64,000 nt of DNA, taken from NCBI RefSeq assembly GCF_009914755.1, contig NC_060934.1; one strand, given 5' to 3'. How positions within the stretch are numbered: the stretch's first letter is position 1; the number at the start of each line of letters is the position of its first letter. A program made the position numbers and the translations under genes. The notes under the pieces were generated by a model. It did no database searches. It had not been told where the DNA came from and saw nothing but the letters and a program-made list of their open reading frames with translations. Source of the DNA: the human T2T-CHM13v2.0 reference genome, Homo sapiens. This document shows positions 24,511-36,289 of the stretch, in pieces.

Positions 24511-25874
24511 GGTCTGAGAAGACCAGGTCAGGAGGCCAGGCAGTTGAGGTCAGGGTCAGCAGTGACCTGGGGCAAGGTGGGCCAGGTCTGCAGCCACCAC
24601 TGCCCCATCCCATGACTGGGCAGATGGTGCCCTCAGATTGTGCCCTTCTCTCCCCAGCCCTGCAGTTGGTCAGAATTAGCCCACAAGAGAGCAGTCATTT
24701 GTCCTCCTAAAGGTAGTTTCACTGGGACTCTGTTGGGGGAGGCCAGGAGGTTGGACATTACCCCATTTCCCACCAAGCCACCAGTTGCGAGTGTGTCACT
24801 TCACATGGACATGCGGTGCACCTGTTTCCCCTGGCATTGATAGGTGAGACACTGACTGGCCCCTGTTCTCTTTCTTCCTGGCCAATCTGAAAATGCCCAG
24901 TTCTCGAGTTAAAGGGATAACAGCTTTGACAAGGCCAGGTGTTGTCTGGGTGGCCAGAGAGCTAAGGGTCAGGGTCAGCGTGGCCCATTGGCCCATTGGA
25001 GATCCCCAAGGCTTTGGGGTCCAAGGGCCAGGGTTCCAGGCCTGGCTGCTGCTTCCCAAAGCGTCAGTCTCCTCCTCTATAAGATGGGGACAGTTGTGCT
25101 GAAAGGGTTCTGAGGGTCATGTGCAAAGTGTCCCTCAAAGGAAGACTCAGTACAGCCGGCAGTGAGCCCAGTTCCAGGGGCCCTCTCGGCCACCCACCCA
25201 CCCGCCGCCGCTGTGTCTGTGCCGCCAGAGATCTCCCTCTCATCAGCCCCTTTATCGCCCTGTACACAATCAGGGGAAGCTGGGAAGGCCGCTGGGGCTG
25301 AGGGCAGATGGAAAACAAAGAGAGAAAACAAAGGCACTGCTCCTAGGGGGCCAAAAGGCACCTGCCTCCTCCCCCAGGCCTGGCCTTGGCCACCCCAGTC
25401 CTCCAGGATCTGCCCCACCCCTCCAGAAGGATAGTCTCAGAACTCATGTAGGTCACCACTCTCAGGGGACCCTCAGGAAGTCACTCGTCTCCAGGCCACC
25501 TTTTCTTATCTGTAAAATGAGAGAATTGGACAACAGGCCATGTGACTTTTGGCAAACCTTCCCCCTCTCCCCACCCTCCAGGGTCTCCTTGGGGCAGGCC
25601 CAGCTCGTCTCTAGGACCCCCCAGCCTGTCCCAGGAAGTCAAGATGGTGCCCACTTCTGTCTGTGGCAAGGACCCCAGCCCTGCCTTGGGCAGGGTGAGG
25701 TAAACAGGAGGCCCCTGTTTCCTGCCGAGATCTTGGGGTGTGCTGGGTGCTCAGTGCATCTGTGTGGAATGAATGAATTATTTCATCAGAAGGGGGCCTA
25801 CTCAGAGTCAGCCCTAGGTTGCTGCTGCTGTTGAAGCCTCTCAGGGAAGGAGACCCTTCTGGTCACTTGAGGGA

Positions 25875-26075
25875 GGTGGAGAGAAGTGGTGAAGGGCTGG
25901 CAATGGCATCCCTGCCAGGCTGTCTGGGTTCACATCTTGGTTGTGTGACCTTGGACTGGTTTCTTAACCTTCTGTTTCCTCATCTTTAAAAATTGGTTAT
26001 AGTACTGACCTCATAGGTTGTGGTAAGATTAAGTGGATTAATTTACATAAAGTGCTTAGAACAGTACAGCTAAAG
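25875..26075 (+). mobile_element. MIR SINE
   Basis: tgtgtgaccttgg...tgtttcctcatct...cctcataggttgtggtaagattaa...taaagtgcttagaacagt. Confidence 0.8.
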
Positions 26076-26279
26076 GTTAAATATCACTATCCATTTCATC
26101 ACTCTTATTATGATTAGAGGGAGGCTTACAGGGAAGCACATGAAGATTAGGCATCCTGGCCTCTCCTGGGCACAGCCCTGGTGAAGGCTGGGAATTGCTG
26201 GGAGCTATAGAGTGTTCTAGGTGGGAGGGGCAGCAGTTTGCAAACAGGAACATTTCTATGTAAGTATTTCTGGTAAACT

Positions 26280-26435
26280 GTTAAACAGGGGCCTCATGAG
26301 AAAGGGGCATGGATTCCTAAGAATATAGGAATTTGTTGTGATTTCTTTTCTGATTCTAAATATATATTTGTAATGTTAAATAATTTTTAAAACAGGGCCT
26401 CCAAAATTGTATAAGCCTCAGGCCCTGCAACCTGA
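26280..26435. mobile_element. hAT-Tip100-like (Arthur1-like) fragment
   Basis: aatttgttgtgatttcttttctgattctaaat...gggcctccaaaattgtataagcctcaggccc. Confidence 0.5.
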
Positions 26436-28049
26436 GCTGTTCCTGATTGTTTCTGTTATTGTGATTGTATTTCTGTGGCCCAGCCCTGTGCTGCCCACTT
26501 TGGTGGTCCTGACAGGATGGCCCAGCCTTGGGGTCCCAGGGACCTGTCTTCTCACCCTATGGACAGCGGTGTTATGTGCAGGCTGGCCTCTGAGCTGTAG
26601 TCTACACTTCACACCCCAGATGGAGGGAGCTCTGAGGGAGCAGACAAAGGAAAATGGGTACCTCAGGGAAGGTCTCTGAAGGAGTCTTCTCTGCATATGC
26701 AGGACACAGAGCCCTGTGCCCAGAGGCTTAGTGGCCAGCCCTGCTGCTCCTACTCACCCGGACTAGGTGTGGCAGGCCAGGCCCCTCTCCCTTCCCACTC
26801 CCCCTCGGTATGTGCCCTGGTGGACAGGCAGGGGCGGGTGGGGCCGTGGGAAGCAGGCTGCTGAGTTGGAACAGTCACCCCTACAGTGGTCGTTGAGTGG
26901 CTGGCTGTGCACCAAGCTTCAGGTTCCTGCCGGGTGCAGACCCAGAATGGTCCTTGCCCTCTGGGAGCTCTCCCGGTAACTGGGACCACAAGATTTGCAC
27001 CTGGAAGGGCTAGGGGTGAGCAGGGGAAGGCTGTACTAGACCCATCTCTCTCCGAGAGGAGGCAGGAGAGCCCAGAGGTCGTGAGGGCTGGACCCTGGGG
27101 GAGGACCTCTGAGAGGACGGGCCCTCGGCTGGGGGGGGGGTGCTCCTAGGGTGGGCGCTGTGGGCCCTGGCGCCTCTGCCAGCAGCAGGGCCTCTCGGCC
27201 CGGGCTCTGACAGGGACATTTATAACTCACAGCTGTGCGGTCCTGGGCCCAACTGACTGTGGTAAACCGATCTGGCTTCAGGAAGTCCCGTCCCGAGGCC
27301 ACTCCCCATCCCGACCCCCACACTCTCCTTCACCTCCTGACACCCACATCCTGTTCTCAGCGGGAGGGGCAGGCGGCGGGCACTGGGCCAGGGGCCCAGC
27401 CAGGGTCTCCAACCTGTGGGCAGAGTGGGAAAGGACAGAGAGCAGCAGTGAGGCCCCAGTGCTGCGGGGTGCCCACCATTGCCAGCCTCCTCTCAAAGCA
27501 CACACAGGGAGGCAGAGGCCCAGAGGCAGTGCAAGGCCCCCAGGAGCCCACAGGGTCAGAGCGCCAAGAGCATAGGTTGTAGGGCTCAGGGGAATGTTCT
27601 GCGCCTCCAGATCTACCTAGAAAGGGGATTCGCCTTCTGGCCTCTGTGGACCCACTCCAGCCAAAAGGAGCCTGACCGGAGGGGCAGAGTGAACCAGAGG
27701 CCTCAGAGAATGCTGGGAAAGACGCCATTTTGGGCCCTGGGCCTTGGGCTGGCCCTCCTTTGGGACACCCCGTCCCCAAGATGCTTCGTGCCCATCCCAC
27801 CTAGATCCTCCCAGCCTAGTTCAAGTGTGGGGCCAAAAATGGTCTTGCCCAGTGCTAGAAAGAGAGACAGTACTAAAGGCTGCAGCACACCATGGCTCTG
27901 ACCCCTTACATCCCTTGGCCTGATACAATGACCAGTTCTTGGGCCCCATCAGCCAGCCCGCCCCTCCTCCATGCCTCTCCCTCTTCTTCTGCACAACGTT
28001 TGCCAAAGCTTGGCCCAGGTAAATCTGGTAGTCTACAGCAAGATTCTAG

Positions 28050-28240
28050 AATTAGATAGTACCCAACAGGACATACATTTTTGTTTTACTAGTTACAATT
28101 TATTAAAGAGTATCAGAAATATATAACTAGCCTATCAAATCAATTATTTCAAGGGCATGATTGCTTTGGACAAGGCCAGATTTATTGGAGCTTAAAAAAA
28201 AAGTGAGTGGAAGGTGAACATTAAATTAAGTCATCACACA
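28050..28240. mobile_element. Second copy of the hAT-Charlie-like element
   Basis: atataactagcctatcaaa...atttca...attgctttggacaaggc...aaaaaaaaagtgagt aligns by eye with 24030-24130. Confidence 0.5.
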
Positions 28241-28985
28241 GGTAGATCTCAGCTCAGACCAAGAATCCTAAAGAGCGTGGAGGAAGAGCTGAAGTTTGGG
28301 GAGCACAATCTAACTCATCACCAGGACTCTTTTCTGCTTTAAACTCTGCATCTGGGCCTCCTCTCCCAGTTATAAGCAAAACAGCCAGCCCTGAACCTTG
28401 TAGGAGGGGCAAGGGAGTGAGCTGGTTTTCCCGAGGTGCGTACACACATAAAATGGCTCCGAGTGTTGGTCAGGGATCTGGTGAGCAATTCATAATGAGG
28501 AAAGAATTCAGGCAGGGGTCACAGAGTGGCTTTGGAAGTGGCTGCCGGCCGGCCGTGTGAGATAATTCCCCGAAGCCAGGCACGGCGCAGAGAGGAGGCC
28601 ACGGCAAGGGCTTTGTACACCCGGCTAAAAATACCCCCGACAGCTTCTCCCTGTCACCCTGCCTGGGGGCCGTACAGGAAAGTGATGCTGTTCTGCTTTT
28701 CCTACTAAGAAGAGAAAGACAACACAAAGTCCCCAGTCCTGGAAGAAACAAAACTTATATTTATATATTTTTCAAAATCCCACTAGGAGGAATTGGCTTG
28801 CTGGTTGGAGTGTGGCTGGGCGGGGAAGACACAGCCAGCTCTGATAAATCAGGCATCCCGGGGTGTGCTTAAGTGACCCAAGAGGCCGCTGAGATTAGCT
28901 TGGCGGCAGGGACAGAGGTGGGAGGGGAGTGGACGGCACACCGGCCTGCTCTCACACACGTCTCATCTCTCCCCTGTGTACCCAG

Positions 28986-29081
28986 GAGGAAGAGGAGGAG
29001 GCCCGTTGGCGTCGGACCAATGCTGCAAGGGGTGTGAGGAGAGGAGCCGCTGTTTTTCACTGAGCTGCCATACCCCGAAAG
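28986..29081 (+). other. ZMIZ1: 5'UTR exon (likely exon 3), 96 nt
   Basis: Acceptor tctcatctctcccctgtgtacccag|GAG; donor AAG|gtaaca; purine-rich GAGGAAGAGGAGGAG enhancer-like start. Confidence 0.88.
29020..29037 (+). other. Micro-uORF MLQGV* in the 96-nt exon
   Basis: ATG CTG CAA GGG GTG TGA; weak Kozak context (ccaATGc). Translation not shown. Confidence 0.55.
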
Positions 29082-29844
29082 GTAACACCAGCCCCCGATG
29101 CCCAGGCCATACCATCACCTTTGCCTAAGCCTGGGCAGGGGCAAGCCCTAGCAGCCCAGAAGTGCTGTGGCTGGACCAGAGCTGAGGGTTTTCAGCTGCT
29201 TCTCACAGCCTTTCCTGGGCCTGGCTGCAGGGCCTCTCTATAACTCCTTGTGTGGTGCTCATACTGCCAGAAAAGGCTTCTGGGTGTCAGTTTGTCTGTC
29301 TCCAAAATGGGGCACTGGGCTCAGGTCCTGTACTTACCTCAGTTCTCAAGGATTCTGTGAGTCAGTTGTGTCTGATTTGGTTGAGCCATCTTAGCAGCCT
29401 GGCTCAGTTGGAACTCTAGGGCTGTAGCCAGGGGTCCCAGCCTTTGTGGATGCTGGATTCTAAGGCTACGAGGTCCACAGTGCCATGTGGGGCTTGAGAA
29501 GGGAGGATTTTCCAAAGCAGACCTGGCTGGAGATGTGCTTCACTGGGGATGTGGCTGTGGTCTCCTTTGTGGCAGCATTCAAAATTCCAAAGTTCTCCCT
29601 GTCAGCTCTGGGCAAGAATTATTATCTGCATTTTCAGACCACGAGAACAAGGCACAGGGAAGTTAATGGTGCCTGCCAGGGATCACACAGCTAGCTCTGG
29701 CCACGCCACAGCAGCTTGGCTTCATCCTATTTGCCATACCAGCTTCTATGCTTTTACTTCGACCGTACTGCACTCATCCTCTCAAGAGAAGTTCTGCTTT
29801 TGAGGCCAAGCAACCACTAGTCTGTATTGTGTGCCTGTGAGACC

Positions 29845-30010
29845 CATCCCTCCATCCATCCATCATCCATCCACTTACCTGTCCATCTCTCCATCCATCC
29901 CTCTTTCTTTTAGTCCTTCCACACTCATCCACCCATTCATCCCTCCACCACCTATCCGTCCTTCCATCCAACTACTTACCCACCCATTCCCCCCATCCAC
30001 CCATCTATTT
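29845..30010. repeat. Degenerate (CCAT)n repeat
   Basis: ccatccatccatcatccatcc... Confidence 0.85.
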
Positions 30011-30079
30011 ACTCTTTAATTCACTCATCAAATATTCATGGACTCTCACACCAGGCCAGGCCCGCATTAAGGGCTGGGG

Positions 30080-30297
<218 letters not shown>

Positions 30298-30507
30298 GGT
30301 GGGTTTTGAAGACAGAGCCAATTTAGCCCTGCCCTGAGAGGGTGTGGTGTGCAATGGAGTACGACTCAGATCCCAGAGCCAGACTGAGTTCCATAAGGCA
30401 GTGCTCAAAGCCTGTGTGGTGACCATGACGACACAGGGGACGAGGGAGAGGGGACGTGGCTGATTCTGCAGGCAGACATTCGGGGAGGAGGAGGCGGCAT
30501 TGCTCAT

Positions 30508-31790
30508 GCATTCATTCCCCAGGTGTTGACCGAGAAAGTCTGTCAGGAACTCTTTAAGTTCAGAGATATAACAGGGAATAAAGCAGACAAAACTCCCTGC
30601 CCTTACGGCGCTTGTACTCTCGTGAGGAGGCATGGATGATAAATACCTAAAAAGTGAATAGGTCAGGTGACGCTAAGTTTTAAGAAGACAAATTTAGCCA
30701 GGTAGGAGCACAGAGTCTACAGTGTAAAGTACTCTTTCACTAGCCAAGGAAAGCTTTTTTTTTTGAGACAGGGTCTCACTCTGTCACTGTAACCTCGACC
30801 TCCCCAGCTGAAGTGATTCTCCCACCTCAGCCCCCTGAGTAGCTGGGACTACAGGCACACACCATCATGCCTGGCTAATTAGTGTACTTTTAGTAGAGAT
30901 GGGGTTTTCCCATGTTGCCCAGGCTGGTCTCGAACTCCTGGACTTAAGTGATCCACCTGCCTCAGCCTCCCAAAGTTCTGGGATTACAGGTGTGAGCCAC
31001 TCTGCCTGACCCAAGAAAGGCTTCTGTTAAGTTGGCCATTTAAGATAGCTGAATGCAGCCAGGGAGTCTGCAGGGATGTACTTGACCTGTTCAAAGAAAT
31101 GCAAATAATCCAGTGTGGCTGGGAGGATGTCAGGATAGGGGGCGAAGTCAGAGAGATCATGGAGGACCCACTCCTGTAGGCGGACAAGTGTGGAGCAGAG
31201 AGATAGCTGGGAAGCTGTTGCCCACATCCAGGTAGAGGTGATGGGAACAGGGACGAAGGGGTAGTGGAGGAAGAGGTGGGAAGCCATCAAAGGCTGAATA
31301 TATTTCAGAGACCCAGCAGGCAGGCTCGCTAGTGAATTAGAGGTGGAGGATTTAAAAAGACGGAGACAGTCAGGGAAGGCCCTTGGGTTTGGGACAGGAG
31401 CCAGTGGTAGAAGGGAGGTGGTTATTTGCTCAGCCAGGGACAATGGCCGGGGAGGGCTGCGTGAAGCTGAGGAGTTCTGTTTCAGACACATTGAGTTTGA
31501 GATGCCTTTGAGACGTTCAAGTGGAAAGATTGAGGGGGCAGCTGGAAATATGAGTCGGGAAGGCAGAGAGAGGTCCCAGACTAGAGATATAAATTTGGGA
31601 GTTGTCGTGGATTGATGGTGTTGCAAGTCGTGAGGCAGATGAGATCACTCGAGAGTGTGTGGCGCTTGAGAGGGTCAGGAGCCTGAATGTGAGTCACGGG
31701 GCACCCAGCCGTTTAGGGGAGTGAGTGGATAAGGGGTCTGCAGAGGAGCTGGAGAAGGTGCAGCCAGGGAGGGGAACAGAAAGCAGGCTC
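30508..31790 (-). mobile_element. L2 LINE, long fragment, split by an AluJ
   Basis: Starts cattcattc; contains gacacattgagtttgagatgcctttgagac and gagatataaatttgggagt; ORF2 remnant readable. Confidence 0.88.
30755..31011 (-). mobile_element. AluJ with internal deletion
   Basis: Degenerate target-site duplication caaggaaagctt / caagaaaggctt; deletion between two tcac copies. Confidence 0.92.
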
Positions 31791-34199
31791 TGAGTGGACA
31801 AGCAAGACTCTGCTGGGCAGTGCATGGAAAGGACTCTGTATGCTGCAGTGGGAACAGCCTACACAAAGGCTCAGAGGCCTCAATAAACCAGCCATATTTG
31901 GAGAGGACTAATGGAGAGACAGGAGAGACCACACCGCCTTCCTGCCCACACTTGGCCACACAGGGGCTAGGGGCTGTGGGCAAGCGCATGCCTGGGCCCT
32001 CCCCGTCACCCTGGCCGGCACTCCCTGACCCTGGCCAAGCATCTTGCCCTGATGTCTGTCCACTTTCCCACTTTCTTCAGCTAGCACTATGGACCTCCCT
32101 CCTGCTTTCTGGGGCTCCTCCCCCTTGTCCAAAAACGCAGGGCTCCAGGTGGCAGGTCACATGCTGCCCATGGGGAAGAGGCACCGAGCAGCTCCCTATT
32201 GAGCACCTGAGCATGGTGTGGATCCTTTATCCTAAAAGATGTGAACCTTCCCAGGCCGCGAGTGAGTGTCAGAGCACCTGCTCCCAGTTAGGGGAGCTCT
32301 CTGCCTTTGGTGGGCAATCATATACGTGCGTGTCAGTGTTGTGTCACTTCATTCTTTCTCCATCTCTGTCTCTCTCTTTCTCAGCCTCTACTGCAAACAT
32401 CAGCAGTGCCCCCTCCAGGCCAGGCCCCGGGCTGGGTAGGATCCCGAGGAACAAGTGTGCTCCTGACCTTCCAGGAGCTCCCCACCGCTCCATCTCTCCC
32501 TTGGCTCCTGAGTGTACCTTTTTGGTGCTCAGGAGCCTGAGCCTGACTTAGAATTCCAGCTTTGCCACCCACCAGTAGTATGTCTTGGGGTGCTGCAGCT
32601 GCCCTGTACTGCAGTTCACAGGAGAGGGCTCCCCGAGACTCTGGAAACAGACCCAGGAGCTTCTGAGCTATCCCTCTGCTCTGGCTGAGGTTTGACCCCG
32701 GGCCCACTCACCCCTCTCTCCACAGCAGAGTTGTGGGTCTTGTCAGATGCTCTTCCCCTTCAGCGTGCAGCTCTAGTCCCACCTTCTCCAGAAAGCCTCC
32801 CTTGACCACTCTGAGGTCAACCAGTGTTTCCTAAGCACCTGTGTTGTGCCAAATGCAGGGCTCGAGTCAGGGTGTGCAGAGATGACAGTGGAGGGTTTCT
32901 GCGCTGAGAACTGGCAGTCCAGATGGGGTGGTGGGGGGACAGGTAAAGAACCCACACCTTCCAGCATAACAGTGAGCACTGCAGGTGCCCAGCAGAGAGA
33001 ACGGCCTTGACTTGGTCAGGAACGGCTGCACACAGTATAGCTGCCCTGAACAAGGCCAGAGGCCGGGCAGGTGTGCAAGGTGTGATAGGGGCTGGGGGGT
33101 GGGGGTGGAGAGAAGAGTGTGTCCAGGCGAAGGAGACTCGGGAGCACAGTCCAGCCCGTCTGCAGAGTGAGTGCGGTCTGACATGGCCAGGACGTGAGAG
33201 GAGGCTCAGGAGACTTTTCCAGGCTGAGAATTGAATGGAGCCAGGCAGGGACTTGTGGACCTCCTCTCCCTCGGGAAAGTCAGGGGGAGATGCCCCTCCA
33301 ACTCTGCATCGGGGACTAGGGCAGCAGCAGCAGCTGCTCTGATGATGCATGGCTCCGTGGCAGAGCGGTGGCAGGAGGCTTCGGGTAATCTCATTAGTGT
33401 GCCCGGCGGAGGGGACGAGTAATCCCGTGCCTTTAGACTCACTTTTCTTTAAGCCTGTCCCTATCCATTCTCTCCCTAAATCCTTGTACTGCTTTGGTGA
33501 CATCAGGCGGGACTGGACTGGACTTACCTCCATTGAACTGATGGGTAAAACAGGGTTAGAGAGGAAAATTCTTGCATGATGCCATAGCTCACAAGGGGCA
33601 GGAACTGCATCCGTCTGACTCCAGAACCCATGCTCTTATAATCCTCTACTATCTCCCAGACTGTCTTAGACTATCCAGGCTTATAGACTGCCTCCCCACT
33701 GGCCCCATTTTGCAGGTGAGGAAACCGAGGCCCAGAGAAGGTAAGACACTTGCCTAGGGCCACGCAGCAAGTCAAGGACAGCACTGGCACCAGAAGCTCA
33801 CCTGGCCTGTTTGTGTCCCCACCCCACCCCACAAGCAGGCACAGGGATCCCCCTGGTCCCTGCCCATTTCTGCCTGGAGCACCCACTGTGCTTGGTCTTC
33901 CTGCAGTCTTTGGCACCGGCTCCGGTGGAAGGCACCAAGTTCCTCATCAGAAGGCTCCATTGTGCCTATTGTTTAAATATAGATTACTAATGAAATGCCT
34001 TTTCATTGCCTTCCCAGTGAATAGTTTCCGTGTAAAGTTAATTTGCAGTGTTATGTAAATTCTGTTTAACTTCAATCAAGTTTCTAATTATGTTTTTACC
34101 GCAGTAATTCCCATTTGATTTGTCATCTCCTGTTAGGTATTCAATGTTCGGTGGGCGGGCTTGCTTTCCGTCTGCCTCTCAGTTTTCCAAGGCCCTGAC

Positions 34200-34612
34200 C
34201 TCCTCTCTGCTGTGTGTCTGTCTCCGTGGCTCCTGGCTTCTTCATCCCCTTCGGCTTCTTGGTGGCTCATTTCCCACCTCCTCGCCATCCCTCCATCTAT
34301 CTCCTGCCCTCCACCTTCCTTCTTTCTTCCTCTTGCCCAGCTGCACCTTCTTCCCCTTCTGTTTTCTTCTTCTCTGTCTCCCCTCCTCCCTCCTTCCTGC
34401 CCTCTTTCCCCCTCCCCCTCTGTCTGTGTCTTCCTTCTCTGTATCTTCTTTCTGTATCTTCCTTTTTTCTCTCTATTCCGCTCATGGCCTTGCCTCTCAC
34501 TCTTCCTCCCTTTCTGTGTCTTTCTCCACTGACAAGACTCTCTCCTGCCTCCTCTGCTCACATTTCCATCCCAGTGCTCTTCCTCTCCTGAGGTCTTCTC
34601 TCCCTCCTCCTC
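34200..34612. repeat. Polypyrimidine (CT-rich) low-complexity tract
   Basis: About 410 bp strongly C/T-biased on the + strand. Confidence 0.9.
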
Positions 34613-34759
34613 CACAGTAGAGCCTTTCCCGAAGCTGCATTCCGGAGTGCCCGCGCGACAGAGCCTGCGAGGTGTGCTGGGCTGGGGGCTGGGGCCACCA
34701 GAGGAGCCCTGTGCAGCCCTGAGTTGTTGGGGTGGGGGATTGGTGAAGAACACAGAGTC

Positions 34760-35010
34760 TAGGGTTGGGGTCTCCGGGTTCAAATCCCACCCCACCCCTT
34801 GTTAACTGTGTGACCTTCCGGTTAGTTCACATTGATTTCTGTGCTGCATCCATAAAATGGGGTGATAATTTTACCTGCCTCCACAGTAAAGCCCTTCCCG
34901 AGGCTTCATTCTGCAGCCCTGAGACAGTGGGGTGGGGGATTGGTGAAGAACACAGAGTCATGGAGTTATTGTGAGAAGTCAGTGAGATAACCTATGTGAA
35001 GGGCTTTAGC
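34760..35010 (+). mobile_element. MIR SINE interrupted by a locally templated insertion
   Basis: gggttcaaatccc..tgtgtgacctt..taaaatgggg..acctgcctc | insert 34882-34959 | atggagttattgtgag..tgagataa. Confidence 0.75.
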
Positions 35011-35038
35011 GGAGGGAGGGGCTTGGCCAGAATTAGCC

Positions 35039-35325
35039 TTTTTACTTTCTTAAGAGACAAGGTCTTGCTTTGTCACCCAGGGTGGAGTGCAGTGGCTCAC
35101 TGTAGCCTTGACCTCCCAGGCTCAACTGACCCTCCCACCTCAGCCTTCTGAATACCTGGGACTATAGATGCATTCCAGCATGCCTGGCTAATTTTTAAAA
35201 TTTTTATTAGAGACAAGGTCTCACTATGTTGCCCAGGCTGGTCTCAAACTCCTGGGCTCAAGCAGTCCTCCCATCCCAGCCTCTCAATGTGCTGGGATTA
35301 TAGATGTGAGCTGCCACACCCAGCC
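35039..35325 (-). mobile_element. AluJ
   Basis: Both arms present; target-site duplication cagaattagcctt / caggaattagcttt. Confidence 0.93.
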
Positions 35326-36243
35326 CAGGAATTAGCTTTTATTTGGGAACTCTTGGCCATGCCTTTCATTTTTTGCGGCCTTCCTGAGATGCATCTGCAG
35401 TGAGTTTCTGGAGTCCTGGGGGTCAGGCCTGAGGCCAGGGAAGGGTGGGAGCTGGCTGCAGACCCCCATAGAGCTGGCATTTCCCGCTCCCCACTCTCCA
35501 CCCCTCAGCCTTCCTCCCCTAGAGCAGGGTCTCCGCTCTGCCTGTCAAGAGATGTGGCGTCCTTCTGTCTTAGTGGGCCCATCTCAGGCTGTGAGGACAA
35601 GCCTGCCACCCTGGGGTAGTAGCGGAGACACAGATCCCCAATGCTGGAAAAGTGCTCAAGACTCTGGCCCGCAGACCTTTCCCAAGCAACAGACCAAAGG
35701 CAGAGCCGCTCCTGCTGAGTTGGACTAGACACCCCCTTCTTCTACCCTCCCTCACCCCCTAGATGCCCCAAAGGCTATAATATACCATGGACTCCAGCTA
35801 CAAAACCACTGGTCCAGGTGCAGCATGTTGGCAGCTCTGCCATTTATCACAGGGACTTCTCTCTGAGCCTTGGCTCCCCTCCTGTGTGGCCCCAACGTTG
35901 GGCTTTGGGATTCTCCCTGAGTTTGGGGATTGTCCCTGTAGTCAGGGAACGGCTGGGTGGCCACAGTTTCCCAGCAGACATCTGCCCTCTGGGTGGGGAG
36001 GGCGGAAGGAAAACACCAGACACAGGCAGGGCTGGGGCTGGGCGGGTGCTCTGCCCCCTCCCTCTGCTCCCGCTTCCGCCCCGACTCTGCTGGGCTTCCC
36101 ACCCAGCAAACCCCTGGCACATCCAGGAAGCAGAAAACAAGTGCTTGGGGAGGGCATTCTTCTGGGTGAAGAAGGGCAGCCGGTCACTTGTCCTTCAGAG
36201 ACACAGAAGCCTGGGCCACATGACTACCTGACCCACAAGTGGC

Positions 36244-36289
36244 TGTGCGTGTGTGTAGTGTACGTGTGTGTGTGTGTGTGTGTGTGTGT
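36244..36289. repeat. (TG)n microsatellite
   Basis: Seen directly. Confidence 0.9.

Noticed and set aside
27100-27370. CpG-island promoter with a TATA box (tttataa near 27218)
   Set aside because: Too short and CpG-poor for an island, and no clear first-exon donor.
31027-31626. 199-aa minus-strand ORF as a retroelement protein
   Set aside because: It lies in a decayed L2, and the true RT frame has a frameshift, a stop and a mutated YADD motif.
34120-34795. Long Leu/Ser/Phe-rich and Arg/Glu/Gly-rich ORFs
   Set aside because: By-products of the CT-rich low-complexity tract.
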